Assembly (NCBI GenBank): GCA_037133195.1
Contig: JBAXOP010000039.1
Span: 1 to 26,326 of the forward strand
Source of the DNA: Verrucomicrobiota bacterium
GTDB lineage: Bacteria; Verrucomicrobiota; Verrucomicrobiia; Verrucomicrobiales; Akkermansiaceae
Reading direction: 5' to 3'
DNA length: 26,326 bases
Shown here: positions 17,379-24,763 of the stretch, one piece after another
Layout of the letters: each line of letters begins with the position of its first letter
Position numbering within the stretch: the first letter of the stretch is position 1
Position numbers and translations under genes: made by a program
The notes under the pieces: model-generated
The model's database searches: none
The model's input: the letters and a program-made list of their open reading frames with translations, nothing else
Told to the model about the DNA's origin: nothing

Positions 17379-19028
17379 ATGTCAGAGCATTCCTTACCCA
17401 AACTGCCCGCAAAGCTGTCACCGAAACTGATGGTACTCGGCGGCCTCCTGTTTCTCAGTTTTCTATGCCTCGGCTATTACGGGTGGACGGAGACGCTGCG
17501 CGAGGCGACCGGCGGGGGCCAGCCATCAGAGTCGTTGTTTCACACGGTGGAACTGGTGACCGGAGAGACGGCGCTCGTGGTGGATGAGATCCATAGCCAG
17601 CACTGGGCACTGATGGTCGCAAAATGGGGGATCAAGAGCTTGCTCGCAGTGGCCATTTTTCAATCGGGGATTTACCTTTTCCGGCGGCAATTGCGCCGCT
17701 GGAAGTTTCGCAAGGTCTCCGGCCATCAGGTGTTTCTCGGGCTGGACACATCCAACCAGGAACTTATCAGACTGGCACTGGCAGATGGCAGGCAGGTGGC
17801 GGTGATTGATAAAGACGAGCATCACCCGCGTCGCGCAGATCTCGAATCGCAAGGTGTCCTTTTCCTGTGTGGCAGCCCGCTGGACCCAGGGTTGTTGCGC
17901 AGCGCCGGCGCAGCCCGGGCCAAGCGGGTGGTCGCGGGAACGGGTAGCGATGAGAAAAATGCGGCCGCCGCAGAACAGGTCGCGGCACTGGTGAAGCAGG
18001 AAGCCGGAAAATCCGTTGAAATTCTGGTGCCGATCGAGTGCCCAAAAATGCGCGAATTGCTCCGCGAGCGCTGGGAGCTTTTGTCCCATGCACATGGGTT
18101 TCACGTTCGCTTGGTAGGCTTCCGCCCGGCGGCGCTCCGCCATGTCCTGACCCAGCTCGCCGGGTTGCTGGCCAATTCCCCAGACATCTGCGGCCGCGGA
18201 CCACGAATCCTGCTAGCCGCGCCTGCAGATTTTGCCTTGGCGTTGTTGGATCTGGCCGTGCCCTTCCTGCAAGTGACTGGCGATGCATTGCCGTCCTACG
18301 ACATCTGTGGCGTCGCCGACAGCGAGGCCCGGCGCTTTCTCAAACAACATCCAGACCTCGGTCTGGTGGCGGATGTGGTGTTCCATCCCGAGTCTGTGGA
18401 TGAAGCGCCGCTGGCGGAGGGCCTTGATGACAGTGAGTTCGATGTCGCCTTGGTGCATCTCGATTCGGAGGCCGCCACCCTGGCTGCCGCCGACGCTCTC
18501 CTCCGCAGCAATCGCTTTCGGGTCGGGCGGGTGCAGGCCATCATTCACGCGTCTCCGGTCATCCGCATCAAGCCCGATGAACGCCTGCAGGTTCTATCAC
18601 TTTTCATGCACGGCATGAGCGCGCCCGAATTCGGCGATCACTCGCTCGAACAACTGGCCAGGGACAACCACGAGACCTATCTGGCGGGCCTGGTCCCCGC
18701 CGAACGCGCCAGCGCCTCGTCGTGGCAGGCCTTGGGCGAGGCATTCAAGGACTCAAACCGCTGGGCCGTCTTGCACCGGAATGTCAAATTGGCCATCTGG
18801 CAAAATACGGCCGATTCCGACCAGCCCGCCATCCTCGAAATGTTGGCCTGTTCCGAGCACCAGCGGTGGATGGGCGAAAAAATCATGGCCGGCTGGCGCG
18901 GCGGAGCCACCCGCGACAATTTCCACAAAATCCACCCGGACATCCGTCCCTATGCCGACCTTTCGGAGCCGGCCAAGGAGAAAGACCGCGTGCAAGTCCG
19001 CAAGGCGCTGGGTCTGAAAAATCAATAA
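17379..19028 (+). CDS. Membrane protein: 2 predicted TM helices, TrkA-N/RCK-like Rossmann domain, C-terminal RyR domain
   Basis: Complete 549-aa ORF in the track. TM candidates 'LMVLGGLLFLSFLCLGYYGW' and 'WGIKSLLAVAIFQSGIYLF'. TrkA-N-like 'HQVFLGLDTSNQELIRLALADGRQVAVIDKD...GVLFLCGSPLDPGLLRSAGAARAKRVVAGTGSDEKN', where the GxGxxG motif has degenerated to GLDTSN. The C-terminal 'LARDNHETYL' and 'EHQRWMGEKIMAGWRGGATRDNFHKIHPDIRPYADLSEPAKEKDRVQVRKAL' match the RyR-domain signature (PF02026) as I recall it. Confidence 0.8.
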   Translation: MSEHSLPKLPAKLSPKLMVLGGLLFLSFLCLGYYGWTETLREATGGGQPSESLFHTVELVTGETALVVDEIHSQHWALMVAKWGIKSLLAVAIFQSGIYLFRRQLRRWKFRKVSGHQVFLGLDTSNQELIRLALADGRQVAVIDKDEHHPRRADLESQGVLFLCGSPLDPGLLRSAGAARAKRVVAGTGSDEKNAAAAEQVAALVKQEAGKSVEILVPIECPKMRELLRERWELLSHAHGFHVRLVGFRPAALRHVLTQLAGLLANSPDICGRGPRILLAAPADFALALLDLAVPFLQVTGDALPSYDICGVADSEARRFLKQHPDLGLVADVVFHPESVDEAPLAEGLDDSEFDVALVHLDSEAATLAAADALLRSNRFRVGRVQAIIHASPVIRIKPDERLQVLSLFMHGMSAPEFGDHSLEQLARDNHETYLAGLVPAERASASSWQALGEAFKDSNRWAVLHRNVKLAIWQNTADSDQPAILEMLACSEHQRWMGEKIMAGWRGGATRDNFHKIHPDIRPYADLSEPAKEKDRVQVRKALGLKNQ

Positions 19029-19618
19029 CGCGCCCCGCTGTCGAAACCGCCAAGCAGGCCACCCCGCATCCGCCCCATGCAATCTCATCCTGACTCCACA
19101 CCTGAGCCGACATCGGCAAGGTCTGGCATGGCGGAGTCTGCGGATGGCATCCCTTTTCCGTCGTTCCCGTCCTTGACAGCACAGGCGTTTCAACTAAGAT
19201 CCCAAGGTCGCTATGCACTCCACCCCATCGAAACCGCTTTTCACCATCACCGTGCCACAACCGAAGGCCTTGGTGAAGAGGGCGACCGTGACCTCGGTTT
19301 CGCAGAGGCAGAAGGTCACTACCGCGCAGGCGCTCAAGGGTTACGCCTATCTGAAATCCCACAGCTCCCGCAGCAACTCCGCGAGATGAGCCGACTCGGG
19401 GTGGTGGACCGGGCCAGCCGCAAGGCGCTGTGGACATCCCCCCAATCCCGAACCGGCCGCAATTTCTTGCCGATTTCGTTTGACGGGCCTGCGTACCGGC
19501 GTTTGACTTTCCCCAGCAGACCCGCCGGGCCTCTCCTCTCCTTCTGGAGGGTGATGCTTACTTCGGCGGGTGTTTCTTTTTCAGGCGATGGCACCAATGA
19601 CAGAAGGGAATCGAGGCC

Positions 19619-19915
19619 ATGAAATATGAAAAGGCGGCGCTGACCTTCGAGGAGCAGGCCACGCAACTGATCAACCGCGGACTCATCGCGGACCACAGGC
19701 AACTCATTGAACGCCTCCAGGCCACGAACTACTATCGCTTTACCAGAGGCATCATGCTGTTGATCATTCGCCAGTGGCTGGAGCGAGTGAACTCATCCCA
19801 TTCGTGGCATACCCGCGTGGAAAGCCTCTTCGACGACTTCCCTGAAACCGACCTCGTCGCGCTAGGGTTGGACCCGGCATGGCGTGAACACCCAATCTGG
19901 AACCCCGCCTCATGA
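19619..19915 (+). pseudogene. Internally deleted Abi_2-family (AbiD/AbiF-like abortive-infection) gene relic, 98 codons
   Basis: 'MKYEKAALTFEEQATQLINRGLIADHRQLIERLQATNYYRF' matches the characteristic N-terminus of Abi_2 (PF07751) proteins. 'WHTRVESLFDDFPETDLVALGLDPAWREHPIW' matches their C-terminal tail. The roughly 200 aa normally between them, including the conserved R..x..AHH region, is missing. The junction lies near 19742-19750. Its stop (TGA, 19913-19915) overlaps the ATG at 19912 of the next gene. Confidence 0.6.
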
Positions 19916-22900
19916 AAAAAGCTCCATCATCCCAAAGCCGCCTCGTCCGCGTCTTCATCAGCTCGACCTTCCGTGATTTCATGGGAGAGCGGGATGAGTT
20001 GGTGAAGAAGATCTTTCCGGAGTTGCGCAGTCGCTGCAAGGAGCGGTTTGTGGAGGTATTGGAGGTGGACTTGCGCTGGGGGATTACGGAGGAGCAGAGC
20101 AAGCAAGGCGAGACGCTGCGCATCTGCTTGCGAGAGATCGACCGTTGCCGGCCCAGCGCGCCTGTGTTTTTCATCGGGATGCTCGGTGAGCGTTACGGGT
20201 GGATCCCGCCGCAGGATTTCTATCCGAAAGACGTGTTGGACGACCCGGACTTGGAGTGGGTGAAGGATCACGTCGGAGGCAAGAGCGTGACCGAATTGGA
20301 AATTCTGCACGGTGTGCTGCGCGACGCGAAGATGCGTGATAAGGCGTTTTTCTACTTTCGAAACGACGGTTATGAGCAACGGCATTGGGATGAGATTCAT
20401 ACAAGTCCCGCATATTCAAATCTCGCCCCCCCGGTCACGCAGGACGACTTCACCAATGCGGATTCCCGGGCGGGCAAAGCAGATGCGGCGAAGCTGAACG
20501 AGCTGAAGCAACGGGTGCGTGATGCCTCATTCAAGTGGGAGCCCAAGGACTATGAGACGCCGGAGAAACTGGCCAGCATGGTGCTCGAGGATCTCTGGAG
20601 CGCCATCGACGAAATCTTCCCGGCCAGTTCGGTGCCCGATGCCTTGGCGCGCGAAAGCTTGGAGCATCGCGTGTTCATGGAAAATCGCAGCAAGGCCTAT
20701 GTCGAGCGCGTTGGGTTATTTGAAAAGCTGGACGCATTCGTGGACACGGCGAAAATCGATGCATTGGATTCAGGCGACGAGGATATCGAGGATGATGCCA
20801 CCAAGACAGCACCGCCACTTCCCGCGGTGAGAGTGGTTCTGGGCGAATCCGGAAGCGGGAAAAGTGCCCTGCTGGCGGCGTGGCTCGAGCCCCGGATGAA
20901 GGGTGTTGTGTTTTTCCATTTCACCGGTGCCACGCCTGCGAGCGGTTCCGGTTCCTCGATCTTGCGCCGCCTGCTTGCCACACTGCGCCAACGCGGGGCG
21001 GTGGCTGCATCGGAGGCGATTCCACAATCTGACGAGGCCTTAGCGCAGGCCCTGCCGATGTGGCTGGAGCGTCTCTCCGAACAAGGCGGCGGAATCCTGC
21101 TCATAGATGCGGTGAACCAACTCGGGTCCGCCCGTGACCGCGAACTTTGGTGGTGGCCAGAGCAGTGGCCCGCGAATGTGTGCATCATCATCAGCACCCT
21201 GGCCGGCGACTCGCTCCGTGAGATGCAGCGCCGCGGTTGGATCACGGAGGATCTTGTCATCCGCGTCCAGCCGCTCCAGACCGGAGAAAAGCACGCGATC
21301 ATGGATTCCTATCTGAAGCTCTTTACCCGGGAACTGGAGCCCCGGCTTCAGGAACAGATTCTTGCTGCACCACAGACGGCCAATCCGCTTTTCTTGCGCA
21401 CGGTGGTTGAGGAATTGCGCCTACGCGCCCAACACACGACATTGGAGAGCAACCTCGCCGCCATGCTCAGTTGCCCCGATCCGGCCGCGCTCTTTGTGCA
21501 TGTTTTGAAGAATCTGGAGCGGGACTTTACTCCGCGCGAACACCCCGGTCTGGTCCGCCGGGCGCTGGGGCTCATGGGAGCGGCTCAGCGCGGGCTTTCG
21601 GAAAATGAGATCCTGCAACTCCTCTCGCCATCGAGCACCCCGGCCTCCGACCCCTTGCCTCGCCACTACTGGGCTGCGCTTTACCTAGCACTGGAAGATT
21701 CCCTGGTCAGCCGCGATGGTCAGTTAGGGTTTTTCCACGACTACCTGCGACAAGCGGTGCTGCGCGAATATCTCGACGAGGAACACGAGCGAGTGGCCGC
21801 CAATCGACGTCTGGCCGAGACCGTCACGCACTGGAAAGATGCGGACGCGTTTGGTTCCAGCCTCCGCGCCTACGGGTTTGAGTTTGGCATCCGGCACCTT
21901 TTGGCCATTGGCGGGTTGGATGCCGCGACACAACTGCTGCTGAATGCAAACTACCGGCAAACCGCCGCCATCGCCCTCGGGGCCGCGGAACCCATTCAGC
22001 GACAAGTGGAAGCCACCCGCATGGAAGCGACCCGCGCCGGTGGCATCGACGTGGCGGCATCCGCACAACTTACCGTTCAGGCATTGAAAGGGCGGGTTGA
22101 TCTCAAGTGCCACCTGCGCAGCCATCTGGACGATTGTGCCAGGCTAGGGAAATGGGAAGAGGTGATGAAGTTGGCTGCCGCTGAGGAGAACGATGAGGCA
22201 AGGTTCATGCTCGGGCTGCGGGCCGCTTTGGCGGGACGTCCTGTGAAGAGCGATGATTTCAAGGCGTTTCTGTATTCTCTCGGCTTGACGGTGAATGAAA
22301 GGAAATTGCGCGGGGCTCCTGTAGAGGTGGAAGCCAAATTGGTTTCCAGCTTCAGAATCTTAGGTATCCGGGTTGACATCGATGATATTACCCAAGGTGA
22401 CGTATGGGATATCGGCCTGGAACTCCGCGATGGCGCGATCCGGTTCTCAATCAATGGGACGCTGGTGGCGGCCAAATTGGTGGAGAGTTCAATCGGTAGC
22501 GCCTGCCACAACCTGCCGGAGGATTTGCGCTTTCTGAGCGCCACCAGCCTAACGGAACTCGTCGATATCTCGCCATTGGCACGGTTCCGAAATCTTCGCA
22601 AGCTGGACCTGTCCGAGTGTTCTTCTTTGAAAGATCTGTCACCACTCGCCGATTTGCCGGAGATGATCACATTGAAACTGGATCTGTGTAACAATCTCCA
22701 AGACATCGCACCGCTTGGAAGATTGGCAAGCCTCCTTAATTTGACCCTGCGAGGCTGTGAATCGCTCGAAGACGCATCCCCTCTCGCCAGTCTGTCTGCC
22801 TTGAGGCATCTAGAACTCATTGCAAATTTCACCCTGCTCAAAAACGCTGCTGCGATCGGTAATCTGCATGCCCTGGAAGTTCTCATTCTAGATATCAACG

Positions 22901-24741
22901 AATCACTCAATGATCCGACTCCCATCGGCAATCTGCATTCCTTGAAAATCCTTGAAATATCTCATTTCAATAACTGGGAGAATCTTGATTTTGTATCCCG
23001 GATGCGCGGGCTTGAACAACTCATCTGGACGGGGTGCGATTCGCTCAACGACATGGCCGGCTTGCGGAACCTTTGCGAATTGGAATTCCTGCTCTTGAAT
23101 GGATGCCAGCGATTGGTGGATCTACGCCCTCTGGCTGAACTCGGAAAGCTTTCCAAATTGGTTCTTTTCAACGCGAAGAAAATTGCAGACCTCCGGCCTC
23201 TTGGCCATCTTCGATCACTTCGGCAAGTCAGCATAGAGGGTTCGGATACGCTTCATGAGTTAGCGCCGCTTCGAAATTTAAATAACTTGGAGGAACTGTC
23301 GGTGTCAAAATGTCGTCAGTTGGAAGCAGTGGATGACTTGCTCGGATTGCCGACCCTGGGTGTTTTGAAGATCAATGATTGCCCAAAGGTTGCTTCGGTC
23401 ACTCTGACTGGATTGCCGAACCTTCGTGAGGTTGATCTGAGTGGCTGTCAGAGAATTTCTTCACTCGCCTCACTCGCAGCTGCGCCGCGGATCACCAGCC
23501 TGAATCTTGATGGATGCACCGGCATAGCTGACTTCAGTCCGGTGGCCGCCATTCCCAGCTTGAAAGTGCTCAAAGTGAATGGCTGTAAGCAACTATCGGC
23601 ACTGCCAGATTTTGACGATTCCAGCCATCTCGAACAAATTGAATTCACTGGCCTTAGTCGCGTCCGCTCGATCGAGCCATTGCACAAATCTCGCCAACTG
23701 AGAATCATTGAAAGTGACTTCCATCCCGGCATGGTCGCTGAAATCCTCGCTTCGGCGGCCGTGGCTCGTCCTGATGACCCATTCATCTCCAGCAATGCCT
23801 CGGCATGGCTTGGAGAGGTGAGTCGCTTTGCTGATAACAGCGGGAGTGATCGCGAGCGCCTAGCCACCACTCTGGGACGAGCCTTCGGCAGGCTGTCGGA
23901 CAACCATCCGATTGTGCCGCGCTACGAGGCGTTTCTCAAGAGTCGGCCGGAATTTTCCGCTGAGCCATGGAAAGCCTGGTTCCGGGGAACCGCAATCGCC
24001 AGGCATCACGCGTTCGATGTTCTCGTGAGTCGGATTGAGCGACTGGACTTGCTCTCGCTCACGCCAGGAGTCGTGGGCGGGGTGTGCGCCGCATTGGCGG
24101 ATGACACTGCCCCGGCGGAGCACCAGAACTGGGCGCGGGCATGGCTGGAGCAATTCGAAAAAGTCCACAGCGGCCGCGCTCATGCGTTGCTCCAGGTGAG
24201 CGCCGAAATCTGCTTGGCATACGCCCGCCTCGGTGAGAGTGAAGCCCTGGAGCGCTGGCTGACAAGATTCACCGATCCGTCCGATCCCGCAGCCCTTGAT
24301 CCGGTGCAGGTGGCTCTTGGGAACTGGCGGTTAGGGAGGGGTGATTTCGATGCAGCCTACCGGCATGCGGCCGCCGTTCAAATGCCCAGGATCAGCGACC
24401 CCCTGCTGATGAAATTGGCGGAGGCCTGGACCGTGCTGGAATCGGGGAGAGCGGGCGAGATTCTGCTGGCGATTGTGGATCCGTCCTTGCGCTGCGAATT
24501 GATGAAAATACTGGCCAGCAACCGGGAGTTTGTTGCGGTGCCATTGAATGTGCAGCGCCTGATGGTGGCGGCCGGGGATCGCCCCGAAGCACTCGGCAAT
24601 CTCATTGCGGAGGTCGGCGCCACAGCTGACCCGGCACACTTCGAGGAATTATGCGCGCTCCTGCAAACCAGCGCTGAGGCGATGCGCTCGTGGCGGCGCG
24701 ATCGGCTGCAGCAAATGCTCGAGGCCATCGACAAGGAATAG
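19912..24741 (+). CDS. NLR-architecture STAND protein: DUF4062-type N-terminal domain, NACHT-type P-loop NTPase, helical region, ~17 Cys-containing LRRs, unassigned C-terminal helical domain
   Basis: Complete 1609-aa ORF in the track. Motifs recognised:
- DUF4062 signature 'RVFISSTFRDFMGERDEL...FFIGMLGERYGWIPP' (aa 13-100)
- Walker A 'GESGSGKS' (nt 20842-20865)
- Walker B 'ILLID' (nt 21094-21108)
- 'VCIIISTLAG' (NACHT 'hhhTSR'-like)
- 'LQPLQTGEKHAIMDSYL'
- 'NPLFLRTVVEEL' (nt 21382-21417, GxP/PLxL-like)
- 23-24-aa LRRs of the type 'L..L..L.L..C..L.DL.PL' from about nt 22540 to 23710
- C-terminal domain starting 'FHPGMVAEILAS' at nt 23719. Confidence 0.9.
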   Translation: MKKAPSSQSRLVRVFISSTFRDFMGERDELVKKIFPELRSRCKERFVEVLEVDLRWGITEEQSKQGETLRICLREIDRCRPSAPVFFIGMLGERYGWIPPQDFYPKDVLDDPDLEWVKDHVGGKSVTELEILHGVLRDAKMRDKAFFYFRNDGYEQRHWDEIHTSPAYSNLAPPVTQDDFTNADSRAGKADAAKLNELKQRVRDASFKWEPKDYETPEKLASMVLEDLWSAIDEIFPASSVPDALARESLEHRVFMENRSKAYVERVGLFEKLDAFVDTAKIDALDSGDEDIEDDATKTAPPLPAVRVVLGESGSGKSALLAAWLEPRMKGVVFFHFTGATPASGSGSSILRRLLATLRQRGAVAASEAIPQSDEALAQALPMWLERLSEQGGGILLIDAVNQLGSARDRELWWWPEQWPANVCIIISTLAGDSLREMQRRGWITEDLVIRVQPLQTGEKHAIMDSYLKLFTRELEPRLQEQILAAPQTANPLFLRTVVEELRLRAQHTTLESNLAAMLSCPDPAALFVHVLKNLERDFTPREHPGLVRRALGLMGAAQRGLSENEILQLLSPSSTPASDPLPRHYWAALYLALEDSLVSRDGQLGFFHDYLRQAVLREYLDEEHERVAANRRLAETVTHWKDADAFGSSLRAYGFEFGIRHLLAIGGLDAATQLLLNANYRQTAAIALGAAEPIQRQVEATRMEATRAGGIDVAASAQLTVQALKGRVDLKCHLRSHLDDCARLGKWEEVMKLAAAEENDEARFMLGLRAALAGRPVKSDDFKAFLYSLGLTVNERKLRGAPVEVEAKLVSSFRILGIRVDIDDITQGDVWDIGLELRDGAIRFSINGTLVAAKLVESSIGSACHNLPEDLRFLSATSLTELVDISPLARFRNLRKLDLSECSSLKDLSPLADLPEMITLKLDLCNNLQDIAPLGRLASLLNLTLRGCESLEDASPLASLSALRHLELIANFTLLKNAAAIGNLHALEVLILDINESLNDPTPIGNLHSLKILEISHFNNWENLDFVSRMRGLEQLIWTGCDSLNDMAGLRNLCELEFLLLNGCQRLVDLRPLAELGKLSKLVLFNAKKIADLRPLGHLRSLRQVSIEGSDTLHELAPLRNLNNLEELSVSKCRQLEAVDDLLGLPTLGVLKINDCPKVASVTLTGLPNLREVDLSGCQRISSLASLAAAPRITSLNLDGCTGIADFSPVAAIPSLKVLKVNGCKQLSALPDFDDSSHLEQIEFTGLSRVRSIEPLHKSRQLRIIESDFHPGMVAEILASAAVARPDDPFISSNASAWLGEVSRFADNSGSDRERLATTLGRAFGRLSDNHPIVPRYEAFLKSRPEFSAEPWKAWFRGTAIARHHAFDVLVSRIERLDLLSLTPGVVGGVCAALADDTAPAEHQNWARAWLEQFEKVHSGRAHALLQVSAEICLAYARLGESEALERWLTRFTDPSDPAALDPVQVALGNWRLGRGDFDAAYRHAAAVQMPRISDPLLMKLAEAWTVLESGRAGEILLAIVDPSLRCELMKILASNREFVAVPLNVQRLMVAAGDRPEALGNLIAEVGATADPAHFEELCALLQTSAEAMRSWRRDRLQQMLEAIDKE

Positions 24742-24763
24742 CCAGACATCGCAGTTAGAAACC

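Noticed and set aside
16967-17587. Plus-strand 206-aa ORF running into the RyR-domain gene
   Set aside because: Only its first ~30 codons look coding, and they continue the frameshifted gene. The rest is P/R/A-rich, crosses the 7-nt repeat array and overlaps the well-supported start at 17379.
19519-19580. Possible terminator: ACCCGCCG ... CGGCGGGT followed by GTTTCTTTTTC
   Set aside because: The 8-bp stem encloses a loop of about 37 nt, too large for a canonical intrinsic terminator. It also lies inside the ATGA-chained ORF just upstream of the Abi relic.
18883-19622. Track ORFs 19077..19622 (+, 181 aa) and 18883..19437 (-, 184 aa) in the RyR-to-Abi gap
   Set aside because: They are R/P/G/S-rich translations with no recognisable motif. 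Only the sub-ORFs defined by the ATGA overlaps seemed worth flagging, and only as a finding.
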